From the NCBI GenBank assembly GCA_051294375.1, contig CM119270.1, positions 14,294,771 to 14,328,796 on the forward strand: DNA of 34,026 nt, read 5' to 3'. A program made the position numbers and the translations under genes. Every line of letters starts with the position of its first letter. Positions within the stretch are counted from its first letter, which is position 1. Positions 10,298-22,110 of this stretch are shown piece by piece. Source of the DNA: Paraspadella gotoi (taxonomy: Eukaryota; Animalia; Chaetognatha). The notes under the pieces were generated by a model that worked only from the letters and a program-made list of their open reading frames with translations, was not told where the DNA came from and made no database searches.

Positions 10298-12958
10298 AAA
10301 GAAATATAAAAATAATATACTGTAAAATACAATGTGTCCGTTAAAAAATGGCAACCATTTTGTTCTGGCTTAATGATTCAATCGCTCACAACATGAAATA
10401 ATGGAATTTACTTATAAAAATAAAAAGCATGTTTTTAATAACTTTTGGGTTTTTTAATAAATGCATTTTTCTTTTTATTAATGCACTTATTTTATCCACA
10501 ATAAAAATTTGAATAATTTATATTAATTTAATATATTTCTTTAATAAAATTTATTTGAAAATATAAAAAATAATATAAAAATTAATAAAGGAAAAAACTA
10601 GGACTAATTTAAATTGAATGTTTTGCAAAGAAAAATTTACAAAAATTGAATTCAAAATATAGTATTATAAATGGTAAGAAGTTTTCTTTGTCGTCGTTAT
10701 CTTAGAAATAATATTTAACAACAACGTTCCACGTGGTATGTAAAAGTTAACGGACAGTAACCAATTGGGACACACTATATAAAATATAGAGTGCCCAGCG
10801 GTTTCTCCCAAGCCTCACCCTTCCGCTTCCTCACTTTCCATCATCACCGCCGCGATCCGAGCCCATTATTTACGCTACGGACACCCACCCCAGATCCTTT
10901 GAGAGACGATGAGGAGATGAGAGAGAGACGATGAGAGAGAGCAGAGAGAGAGGAGACGCAGACGAGATTGAGCAGAGACGAGAGAGGAGAGGAGAAGCAG
11001 AGAGGAGGAAGCGACAAATAACGCGAGCTTTTTTTGGGTCTGGCGCGAGCTTGGCTTCCAGCGGGTGAGGCTATCGCTCTGACCACGCGGTACGTATTCA
11101 CGTATGGAGAGGAGAGATTGAAGCTGAGAGAGAGAGACGAGAGGAGAGAGAGAGGAGAGAGGAGAGAGAGAGAAGAGAGCAGAGAGAGACATCGACGCGC
11201 CAAAACGAATTGGGGAGTCATGGTGTGGCGCACGTTCGGCTGTTTGAAAAATATTGGGCCGCAGAGGGGACTGAGGAATCAAAAAGGGGAGCGTTGTTGG
11301 GAAGGGGGGGGGGAGAGACGAAGGTGGCGGGGGGGTCAGGGATATCGAGAAGAGAAGCGGGAAAATAACGTTGTATAACGGCTTGGATTTGAATGAAGAG
11401 CGGGTTCCGTTGACGGCACGTCATTGAGATGGCGCGGCGCCGGGGTGTTTGGAAATTGATGGTCGTTCGGGGAGTCAGGGGCCAAAAGTGGACAACGCGA
11501 GGAAGCCAAAGTGGATTAAGAGATGAGAGACGATTCAAAGACGAGAAAGCTGGAGATGGCAGAAGCGGAAAAGAGATTCGGGAAGCGGAAATAAAGATGG
11601 AAAAGAGATAATCTTCTAAATACGCGAAAATTTTGTTTAGTCAAATTTTTCAAATTAAGAAAATTATTTGCTTGAGCGTTGCTCCTATTATCTTCTTTGA
11701 AGAATGTCTATTGAATTTAAACTCCCCCAAAAAAATTTAAAAACTTAAGTATGATTAGCGGAAAATAATTATCATTGAGACTTCAAGTAAATAAATGGGA
11801 AAAACAAAAATTTTAATCTATATAAATGTATATTATTGCTTTTCTTGAATTAGCAAGTCTTGAAATATCAATTTGATGTTAAGCAAGTCTCTCCGATGTG
11901 AGCGAGAGACCGAAAGAGAATGATTAAGAGAATTCAATTGTCGGACATATTAAAAAGAGAAATGTTAAGGACGGAAAAGAAATTTTGCCGGAGAACTAGG
12001 CGTCAGAAAGTAAGAGGAAGAATTAGAGAAAGAAAAAGGAATGTAGATTAAGCAAAAAAAAGAGGAATGAGAGATAAAAAATTATAGAGAAGAAAGATAA
12101 AGAAAGAAAAAAGATAAAAAAAGCTGGAATAAAAAAAACGAACTCGCCTCCTCAGATATTCTCCTCGATCTTTCTCATCTCTCTTTCTATCTAAAAGCCA
12201 CCGAACACATCCTCCTCCTCTCTTCCTCGCTCTTTATTCCTCCCCTCGGCTCCATCGCGGCAAACGAACAGCCGCCCAGTCGTGGCTAAAGAAAGCAACG
12301 CGCGAGAACTCGTGCACGAGGCCACGTCGCGGGAGGCGAGAGGAGCGGAGGGGAGAGGAAGAGGAGAGACAGAGCGCCAGCGTTGCAATGATAACAATTC
12401 ACGAGCGACGGACAGCCGACCACAAAACAGCGCGGGGAACGAAAGGAAGAAGGAAGGGAGAGAGAAGGCCTCTCGTCTCTCTTTCTCTCCTCTGCTCTTC
12501 TCTCTCTCCTCTCCTACGTCCTCTCCCTCTCTCTCTCTCCTCCTCTCTCATCTCTCTCTCCNNNNNNNNNNNNNNNNNNNNNNNNNNNNNNNNNNNNNNN
12601 NNNNNNNNNNNNNNNNNNNNNNNNNNNNNNNNNNNNNNNNNNNNNNNNNNNNNNNNNNNNNNNNNNNNNNNNNNNNNNNNNNNNNNNNNNNNNNNNCAAA
12701 ATTTGGCGCGAAAACAGAATTTTTTTTCATTTTGAAAAAAGACGTCAAAGACTTTTACTCCTCAAATCTGTTGTTTCTCTTGACGTCAAACGTTTTTCTT
12801 TGCGATCTTATTGACTAGAAAAGAGAAGAGAGAAGTTCAAAAAGGATAGATAAAGTTAAGTAATAAAGATGACTCATAATTGATTTAGTCGCGATGAATA
12901 ATGGCGACGTGCGAATTATTTTATTGTATGATTTGACTTTCCTAACTTCCGTCAAATA

Positions 12959-12994
<36 letters not shown>

Positions 12995-13159
12995 NNNNNN
13001 NNNNNNNNNNNNNNNNNNNNNNNNNNNNNNNNNNNNNNNNNNNNNNNNNNNNNNNNNNNNNNNNNNNNNNNNNNNNNNNNNNNNNNNNNNNNNNNNNNNN
13101 NNNNNNNNNNNNNNNNNNNNNNNNNNNNNNNNNNNNNNNNNNNNNNNNNNNNNNNNNNN

Positions 13160-13223
13160 AGAGAGAATGCAAATGGCGAGAATGAATGATTTTTCTCTCT
13201 CCCTCTTTCTCTCTCGTTATGCT
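13160..13223 (-). repeat. Inverted copy of ~9296-9387
   Basis: gagaatgcaaatggcgagaatg...ctaagaatctcgttgctcttta matches the reverse complement of taaagagcaacgagattcttagg...cattctcgccaatttgcattctc. Confidence 0.9.
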
Positions 13224-13343
13224 AAGAATCTCGTTGCTCTTTANNNNNNNNNNNNNNNNNNNNNNNNNNNNNNNNNNNNNNNNNNNNNNNNNNNNNNNNN
13301 NNNNNNNNNNNNNNNNNNNNNNNNNNNNNNNNNNNNNNNNNNN

Positions 13344-13876
13344 GGGCGGGCAGGCGAAGGCGGACAAGATCGAGGCGGTAACGATGTGTTTTTGATAAGT
13401 CAACTAGAGGGTTGGGTCCAATGACATTAAGTTTTTAAAATAAAAGTGATACTAATGCGGAAACCATGATTTCTTTTGGTAAAAAATATAAAAAAAAATA
13501 TTTTGAGTACAAAAAATTTTATGGAAAAAAATCACGAAAATCTTCGGTCTTTTTCCTTCGGCCTTCGGATCCGAGGGCGAAAGAGAGATGAGAAAACCAG
13601 CGTCAAGTAGAAATTGAAGAAAAGATAGATAGGTGCGGAAAGAGAGGTTAGAAAAAAAGAGAGGGAAAAGTAGGAAATGACCGACAGAATGAACTTTTCA
13701 CTTATAAAAGTTTTTGATAATTTAGGCATTTAGTAAAAATAAAAAAGAAAAAGAAGAGTAAAAGAAAAAAGACGATGTAATGGAAAATATCTAAAGAAAA
13801 AAAGATAAGAAAAGCCCTTGAAAGATAAAATGGTAAAGGAAAAAAAAGGGAAAAGAAGGAAAGAAAAGGAAAGAAA
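13344..13876 (-). repeat. Inverted copy of ~8593-9177
   Basis: gggcgggcaggcgaaggcggacaagatcgag at 13344 is the reverse complement of ctcgatcttgtccgccttcgcctgcccgccc at ~9147-9177. Collinear through actaatgcggaaaccatgat and aatggaaaatatctaaag. Confidence 0.93.
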
Positions 13877-13976
13877 NNNNNNNNNNNNNNNNNNNNNNNN
13901 NNNNNNNNNNNNNNNNNNNNNNNNNNNNNNNNNNNNNNNNNNNNNNNNNNNNNNNNNNNNNNNNNNNNNNNNNNNN

Positions 13977-14288
13977 AACATCTTTGTCACCGATTTTGTT
14001 GAAAGGAAAAAAATAATTTAGCAAAACCCAGGATGCAGCATAATTAATTTTTGGCTCGGTTCATGAATATCCAATCAAAAAAGAGAGAGACAGAAAGAGG
14101 GACAGAGACAGAGAGTAAGACAGAGACGGAGAGTGAGAGCGACAACCCAACCTCCCTCATCCGACTCTACTCTCTTCCCGCGCGAGAGAGAAAAAAAAAA
14201 GTTTCCCTATTTAAAGCCAAAATAGAAAATGTTGCAATTCGCGTTGAGTTAAAATTTGATGAGGTTCACAGAAAACGAGGCTGACGGA

Positions 14289-14345
<57 letters not shown>

Positions 14346-14536
14346 AACGACGACGAAATGGTTAGCGAGAAGTGAAGAGGAAAAAAGGAAAGGCTGGCAA
14401 AAGAAAGGGAGGAGGGAAGGCGATAGAAGAAAAGAGGTATGCGAAGTAAAGAGAAAAGATTAAAAGATTAAGCATATATAAACAATTAATTATGAAAAAT
14501 TCTCTTGATAAAATTATTCACAAACCCGTTTAAAAT
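13977..14536 (-). repeat. Inverted copy of ~5277-5882
   Basis: aacatctttgtcaccgattt at 13977 is the reverse complement of aaatcggtgacaaagatgtt ending ~5882. attattcacaaacccgtttaaaat ending ~14536 is the reverse complement of 5277-5300. The (GAC)n at 14289 corresponds to the (GTC)n at ~5478. Confidence 0.93.
14289..14355 (+). repeat. (GAC)n trinucleotide microsatellite
   Basis: Read directly; inverted counterpart of the (GTC)n at ~5478-5553. Confidence 0.95.
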
Positions 14537-15018
14537 GAAATTTACGTGATATCCAGGCGAGCTGCAGCTTAATATATGATAAATATATATAAAATGTTGC
14601 TCTTGAGAAAATGAACTTCAAGAATAAAAATGTCGGGCGGAGAGTAAGGAACATCATAACTCGTTTTTTAGCAAGTTTTTTTAGAAAGAAAACATTTAAG
14701 CCAAGCCTGGTTCGAGCATATTTAGGTGCGCCTCGGTTATGCGAGCCATATGCAAAAAAGAAGAAAATAAAAAAACTGAGAGGCCTGTTCCGTTATACAC
14801 GCCTGGCGATCCGACGACCCCGAAGATTGCGACTTTTAATCATCTCCACAATATCGCCCCACCTTGAACCCCGTTGCCAGGTGACCTCTGTAATCGCTGA
14901 GCTCCCCGTTCTCCACCACAATTCCTCCGCGGCGTGGAAGACGATTCGCTGGCGCACGCCGCCTCTCGCCGCGACTCGTTATTAAACATCACCTGTAACA
15001 TCACATTAAAAACAGATG

Positions 15019-15099
<81 letters not shown>

Positions 15100-15906
15100 T
15101 TTTCAGAGGTAGCAATAATGAAAAAGATAAAAAAATTCCGCGGTTTTCTCGCTGATGATAAATGTTTTCTGAAGATGGTGTTAGAAATTGTTTGGTACGG
15201 GTCGGACGCTTAGATTGATTCGGGAATAGAGAGAGTGAAAGGAAGGAAGAGAAGAAGCAGAGAGAGATGAGAGAGAGATGACAAGAGGAGAGAGAGACGA
15301 GAGAGAAGAGAGAAGAGAGAGGAGCAGAGAGAGAGAGAACGAGAGATGGAGTCAACGAAGAGAGAGAAGAGAGAGACTGAAATTTGAAGAAATCAGCCAG
15401 GCATAATACAAAATTAAAAACAAATTTAAATACATAGTTTGTATTTTTCAATCACGATTAAAACGAGACTGCCTCCTCTTTTTTCCCCCAAGAACCGATG
15501 GCCAACCCACCCAAGTGGCAACTCCGTCCGAAAAGACAATAATGCCGATTGGAAACAAGCCGAAAAAAAAGAGAAAGAAAAAAGTGCGGGCGTCCGTCGG
15601 CATCATCAAAAGATTTCGAAAACGACGGTTTTTTGCAGGGAATCGCGCATTCGGATCGAAGGGAGGATGGTGGGTGGGCTTGGTGGGTAAAAGGTGGTTA
15701 GGGATGGTGAGAGTGAATGAGTGACAACCGGGGAGTGGTTCTGGGTGGTTGGTGTGGCGGGACTATGTGAGTCTCGAGTCAGCGGCGAGGCTTCGACTCT
15801 CGGAGATAAATGGATAAAACGGACGAAACGCGAAATGGGAAAATGGCGTGGGAAGCGTTTAAGACGCCGGGTCCATTTTTTTCTAGAGGGCGTGGTGGAA
15901 GGGGGA

Positions 15907-15990
15907 GATTGTGGCGGTGATTTTGGCGGTGATTGTGGCGGTGAAAGTGGCGGTGAATGTGGCGGTAATTGTGGCGGTGAATGTGAGGGT
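15907..15990 (+). repeat. 12-bp minisatellite (GATTGTGGCGGT)x7, degenerate
   Basis: Units gattgtggcggt, gattttggcggt, gattgtggcggt, gaaagtggcggt, gaatgtggcggt, aattgtggcggt, gaatgtgagggt. Confidence 0.92.
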
Positions 15991-16393
15991 TTCAGTTTTA
16001 GGATTTCCCGGTGATAGAGTGAGTCTTGCGTCAGTTTCGTGGATCGAAGCTGGAGCCTGATATCTTGGCTGATATTTATGGTTGACAATATTTACTGTTC
16101 ACAGCATCTTGAATTAAACAACGTTTTTAAATATCTTTTAAAAAGAGATGGACAATTTTTCAAAAATTTCCTTTTTTTTTTAGATTATATTTTTCTCTTT
16201 TTTTTTCTCTTTTTTTTCCTTTTATGATTTATATATTTGGCGGCGACTAATTCTTCATCGTCCGAACCGACGTCGCGCTTATTTCAGCAATTTCTGGCAA
16301 CTGCAATTGCGAGGAGAAGGACTTTGCAGAAAGAGGCCGTCGGCGACCCGACCAAATATGAGCACGATGGCGTGGCGGATATATATGAGATCT

Positions 16394-16445
<52 letters not shown>

Positions 16446-16895
16446 CCCTCCATAATTTCGGAGATTCTCGATTGTTATTCAGAGAACATGAGACATTGTC
16501 TATCAAGTGTGAATAAGGAATGTCTCTTCGGCTTCCAACCCTTTTCCTCTTTACCCAACATCATTTTTCATTTAGGGGCGAGAAGAAGCGGAGAGGGAAA
16601 AGGGGGGGGAATTTGGGGGTGGAGGCTGGGGGGAGTGGGTGGAGGAAGGGGCCCAACCCAAGCCGGAAAAAAAATCCGTCTCACGTCGCTAGAAAATTTA
16701 ACTTTTGCTCAAAACTTTAAAAAAGTACAGAGGAAGCTAGTTATATAGCCTATATAACTATATAGGGGTGGGATTGCGCGGGGTAAAGTTTATAAAAACC
16801 GTTGTTTTTAAACAAATAAAGATTTTTCCGATTTTTCTGCTTTTAAATTTCATTAGATTTATAAATAACGAGGACATAGCGTTTTGACCTCGGCT

Positions 16896-16953
<58 letters not shown>

Positions 16954-17500
16954 GCCCCTAAAAAAAATCGATGGTGGCTTGGGCTTTCGACGACCTCGAC
17001 GCTTCGCCGTCCGAACGTTTATTCTCTTTCATTCTTTATTCCAGGTTTTTATCCATTTTTTTTTTCATATTTTTGATATTTTTCGCGTTTCGTTCTCTAG
17101 ATATTCAAATTTAGTTTCATCCGGCGTCAGCGGCGTCAGCGGCGGCAGCGTCACCCGAACTGGGTGACAGCCTTATTTTGCGAAGCGCCATTCTTGCCTT
17201 TTCCTCACTTTTTTTTTTTCCAAAAAGTTGAAAGGGGGGGGGAGTGAGGGATTTTTGATGCCACCAGAGAGGCTAAATAGGAAGAGGAGGAGGAAGAGGA
17301 GGAAGAGACGGGAAAGAGGATGAGACAGTAGACAAAAGGGTAATGCGGCTAAAGTTCGCCCGAGAATAAATAATTTTTTTTTTTAAAAATGGGTCGCGTG
17401 GGGTCCGTGGGGTTAGAGGAGAGATGGAGGATGGGAAAGGAAAGTTTTATTTTAAGGCACCTCGTCTCCAAACTATACAAGGATTCATACAAACTATTGA

Positions 17501-17525
17501 NNNNNNNNNNNNNNNNNNNNNNNNN
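17501..17525. other. 25-N assembly gap (placeholder size)
   Basis: Exactly 25 N; lies ~165 nt before the indel-rich duplicate copy. Confidence 0.9.
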
Positions 17526-17690
17526 TTGTATAACTTAAAACAATACTCGCCTAACCTCCCACCCTCCCCGCCCCACTAAAAAACAAAAGATAACGGTAAC
17601 GTAACGCTGCGCCAATTCCTGTTCTCCAAAATTCCCCCAACCACCATTCCACCTCTAACCCCTTTTAACGCGTCCATCCCTCCCCCGCGC

Positions 17691-19313
17691 CAAAAAAAAG
17701 AAAGAACAAAAAAAAAACGACTGAACGTCTTCAAAGTTTTGCGACTCCATTGTTTGCATCTTCAAAACTTGAAGCGCTGTCACGATGGTTAATTGTTGGA
17801 GAGTGTGAAGATCTTGGGAAGAGGAGTGGAAAAGAGAAGGAAGAAGGAGAGAAACGGGTGAGGACGCGGAAGAAAGAAAGAGAGAAAGAAAGAAAGTCGA
17901 GAAAGACAGACAGACCATAGAACGTGATATGAAAAAAGTCTTTTTAATCGAAAAGCGTTCATATTGTTTCGTGGTACAAATACGGATAATAATTTCCTTT
18001 GTTTAATCACCGTACACTTCGGACAAAACTGCAACAAACCTCAACCACCTTTTCCCTCTCTCAATGTTCGGACTAGCGAGGGTGGTCATCATAGTACGGC
18101 ATTAAGGGACATACCATCTTTTTTTCTCTTTCTTTCTCATACCCCTTAAGCTGAAGTCCGTCAACATATTACATTTTTTTTTCAACTATTTTCTATTTTA
18201 TTCCTTTCGCTTTCCTTTCCTATTCCTTTCTTTCTCCTTTGCTTCCCTTACTTTCTCAATTGCACAAATGCTGCATTAATACAAAAGTTTTATTTCACTC
18301 AAACTTTAGCTAACAGAACGCAAAACAAGAAAGTTATTTTTGTGATGGAATGTTCAAATTCTAAATCAGCGAAATTCGCATAACATCAACGAAACGATAC
18401 CTAATAAAAACAATAACCACAACAAAAACAATCGAAATAAACTCACGCGAAGTGATGCGGTCCCCCGTTCGGCTGATGGGGCGGAGGGCGGTCCACCGCC
18501 CGGGACCCGGGGAAGGCCATAGGGGCTGAGACACGGGCGAGCCGCCTGCCCCGAAGGGCCGCCGAGAGGAGGCTCGTTGCCGGCCGAGAAAGAACCCGTT
18601 GGGCGCTGCGCGGCGGCGCGGCGCGGAGGCCGGAAATTGAGGGCGGCGGGAGCGGAAGCGGCGGGCTTTTACCGCCGCCGCTAGCAGCCGCCTCCTCCGA
18701 CGCCGGCGCCGCCGCTCCGCCGGCGCCATCCGTTGCCCCGCCGCCGCCGCCAATCCCGCCTCCCTCCATGTTAAGCCATCACTTCCTTCATAGATTTTGT
18801 ATTTCGGACGGTGACATACCTGAGGGGTCGAGGGAAGAAAAAGAAAGGGGGAAGGTAAAGAAAAGTTAAATACGGAACACGTGTCATAACCCAAATTAAG
18901 TGATATTTGTAAACTAAACGAAAAACACATAGTTTGATTTTCTTTTTTCGTCTAAACACTTTTTTAAAAAATAAAAAAATTACTTATTTGTTGTTTTAAT
19001 TTGATGATTTTCGTTCGTAAAATTTGAATCAATCTATGGCTCCGAACAAGAGCCGTTTCAGTCAAGGAAATCTATGTGATCAAAAATCTTAGACCATTAC
19101 TTTCGGATAACATTGAAGTCATACTTCCTTTCCTTTCTTCCTCTTTCGCGACAGATTCCCACCTAAGTTTTTCTCCCTTCAAACCTATCTATCTCGTCTC
19201 TCATCCTCTCTCTCCCTGTCTTCTGCATCTCTATCTGTCAAAAGATTTTGTTTGTCTGCCGCGCAATAACGTGATGAATATCAGCCCACTCGTTGTATTT
19301 CTACGAGCTGCAT

Positions 19314-19363
<50 letters not shown>

Positions 19364-19925
19364 AGAGAGACGACGAGATGAACGAGAGAGAGAAGAGAGA
19401 GCAATATAAAGCGCCCACCTTCATTTGCATCTAGGCCCCAAAAGAGTTTCCAGTGGTTTAATCTGGTTTATTCTGAGCTCAAATTCGACAGCGGGGGTGG
19501 GGGGGCAGAGAAGAGAGGTGGGAAACGCACAAAGAGTAGGGAAGAGGGTGGAAGCTGAAAAAATGATGTAGGAATTAGAGAGGAATGATGGGGGCAACAA
19601 TCGATGGGTGAGAAGTAGCACAGGTTTGCGAAGTAAGGCGAGAGATTAAGCCAATGACATGACTTTGTTTGAACATGCACACTATAACTTGTCTATTTTT
19701 AAAACTTTTGAACCAAGTTTAATAAGATTGTCAGCCACTTCCGCTCTGTATTTAACCAAATCCCAAAATACCATAAACAAGACAAAGGACTATATCTTAA
19801 TTACACAATAACCTCTCAGTCTCTCGCTCCTAGAACCAATCACTCTCTTCGGTTCCAAACCGAATCGCCTCTTGCTTGGTCACGCCACAGAACAGTTGCG
19901 CCTTATTTGCGCGAGTTGATTGTTT
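17691..19925 (+). repeat. Tandem duplication, copy 1 (~2.2 kb, indel-rich)
   Basis: Collinear with 19926-22110 throughout (shared ...gttttgcgactccattgtttg..., ...ctgaagtccgtcaacat..., ...gcgagttgattgttt). Differences are mostly small indels. Confidence 0.95.
18447..18819 (-). pseudogene. Frameshifted second copy of the FoxP-like exon (probably an error-rich assembly duplicate)
   Basis: Same acceptor (cctcag|GTATGTCACCG) and donor (gtgagt) as 20663-21031, but 373 nt long with many 1-nt indels. It reads MSPSEIQNL* because one G is missing from the TGG codon. Confidence 0.65.
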
Positions 19926-21518
19926 AAAAAAAAAGAAAGAAAAAAAAACGATGAAGTCTTCAAGTTTTGCGACTCCATTGTTTGTCATCTTCAAAAACTT
20001 GAAGCGCTGTCACGATGGTTAATGTTGGGAGAGTGTGAAAAGATCTTGGGAAGAGGAGTGGAAAAGAGAAGGAAAGAGGAGAGAAAGGGTGAGGAGCGGA
20101 AGAAAGAAAGAGAGAAAGAAAGAAAGTCGAGAAAGACAGACAGACGTAGGAGACGTGATATGGAAAAAAGCTTTTTATCGAAAAGCGTTCATTTGTTCGT
20201 GTACAAATAGGATAATAATTTCTTTGTTTAATTTCACCGTCACTTTGGACTAAACTGCAACAAACCTCAGCCACTTTTTCCCCTCTCATGCCCGGGACTA
20301 AGCGAGGTGGTCATTAGTACGGCATTAAGGGACATCCCATCTTTTTTTCTCTTTCTTTCTCATACCCTTAAGCTGAAGTCCGTCAACATTTACTTTTTTT
20401 TCAACTATTTTCTATTTTATTCCTTTCCTTTCCTTTCCTTTCCTTTCTTCTCCTTTGCTTCCCTTACTTTCTCAATTGCACAAATGCTGGCATTAAATAA
20501 CAAAAGTTTTATTTCACTCAAACAACTTTAGCTAACAGAAGCAAAAAGAAAGTTATTTTTGTGATGGATGTTCAAATTCTAATCAGCGAAATTCGGCCAT
20601 AACATCAACAACGATACCTAATAAAAACAATAACAACAACAACAACATCGAAATAAACTCACCGAAGTGATCGGGTCCCCCGTTTCGGCTGATGGGGCTG
20701 GAGGGCGGTCCACCGCCCGGGGACCCGGGGAAGGCCATGGGGGCTGAGCCGGGCGGGCCGCCTGCCCCGAAGGCCGCCGAGAGGCCGTTGCCGCCGAGAA
20801 AGAACCCGTTGGCGGCTGCGGCGGCGGCGGCGGCGGCGGAGGCGGGAATTGAGGGCGGCGGGGGCGGAAGCGGCGGGCCTTTACCGCCGCCGCTAGCGCC
20901 GCCTCCTCCGACGCCGGCGCCGCCGCCTCCGCCGGCGCCTCCGTTGGCCGCCGCCGCCGCCGCCAATCCCGCCTCCTCCATGTTAGCCATCACTTCCTTC
21001 CATAGATTTTGTATTTCGGCCGGTGACATACCTGAGGGGTCGAGGGAAGAAAAGAATGGGGGAAGGTAAGGTAAGGAAAAAGGAAAATACGGGACTCATG
21101 TCATAACAAATTAAGTGATTTTGTAAATAAACGAAAAACAATAGTTTGATTTCTTTTTTCGTTCTAAAACTTTTTAAAAAATAAAAAAAAATTATTTTTT
21201 TGTTGTTTTATTTGATGATTTTCGTTTCGTAAAATTTGAATCATCTCTGGCTTGAAAAGCGTCGTTTCAGTCAAGAAAAATCTATGTTGATTCAAAAATC
21301 TTGACCATTATTTCCGGATAAATTGAAGTATATCCCTTTCTTTCTCCTCTTTCGACGATTCCCCACTGTTTTTCTCCCTTTTCAACCTCTCTATCTCCGT
21401 CTCTCATCCTCTCTCTCCCTGTCTTCTGCATCTCTATCTGTCAAAAGATTTTGTTTGTCTGCCGGCGCAATAATCGTGATGGAATATCAGCCCACGTCGT
21501 TGTTTTCTAGAGCTGCAT

Positions 21519-21583
<65 letters not shown>

Positions 21584-22110
21584 GAGAGAGAGAAGAGAGC
21601 AATATAAAGCGCCCACCTTCATTTGCATCTAGGCCCCAAAAGAGTTTCCAGTGGTTTATCTGGTTTATTCTGAGGCTCAAATTCGGACAGCGGGGGGTGG
21701 GGGGGAGAGAAGAGAGGTGGGAACGCAAAGAGTAGGGAAGAGGGTGGAGCTGAAAAAATGATGTAGGAATTAGAGAGGAATGATGGGGCAAAATCGATGG
21801 GTGAGAAGTAGCACAGGTTTGCGAAGTAAGGCGAGAGATTAAGCCAATGAATGACTTTGTTTGAACATGCACACTATACTTGTCTATTTTTAACTTTTGA
21901 ACAAGTTTAATAGATTGTCAGCAGCTTCGCTCTGTATTTACCAAATCCCAAAATACCAATACCAAAGAAAAGGGATATTATCTTAATACACAACCTCTCA
22001 GTCTCTCGCTCCTAGAACCAATCACTCTCTTCGGTTCCCAAACCGAATCGCCTCTTGCTTGGTCACGCCCACCAGAAAGTTGCGCCTTATTTGGCGCGAG
22101 TTGATTGTTT
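19926..22110 (+). repeat. Tandem duplication, copy 2 (carries the intact exon)
   Basis: Directly abuts copy 1 and ends 10 nt before the N gap at 22121. Confidence 0.95.
20663..21031 (-). CDS. FoxP: Internal coding exon of a FoxP-family (forkhead box P) transcription factor; segment between the Q-rich region and the C2H2 zinc finger
   Basis: Seen: long polypyrimidine tract ending ...ccctcgacccctcag|GT ATG TCA CCG (acceptor) and ...CAC TTC G|gtgagt (donor). Length 369 nt (123 codons), phase 1-1, open: (G)MSPAEIQNLWKEVMANMEEAGLAAAAAANGGAGGGGG...PPLPPPPP...AAAAAAAAANGFFLGG...NGGPDHF. Recalled knowledge: human FOXP2 has GLSPAEIQQLWKEV and FOXP1 has GMIPTELQQLWKEV. The identification rests on this ~14-aa motif; no database search was run. 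Confidence 0.78.

Noticed and set aside
14840-14992. Minus-strand acceptor (tgttacag|GTGATG) opening VMFNNESRREAACASESSS...
   Set aside because: Open only in phase 0. Splicing from the phase-1 FoxP donor gives GDV-stop, the donor is weak, and there is no FoxP motif.
16279-16391. Minus-strand (CT)n-cag acceptor giving the in-phase peptide DLIYIRHAIVLIFGRV...KLLK-stop
   Set aside because: The acceptor is simply a CT microsatellite followed by AG; no homology and no clear polyadenylation or donor support.
17149-17167. Hairpin GTCACCC-gaact-GGGTGAC
   Set aside because: A single 7-bp stem is expected by chance in 34 kb.
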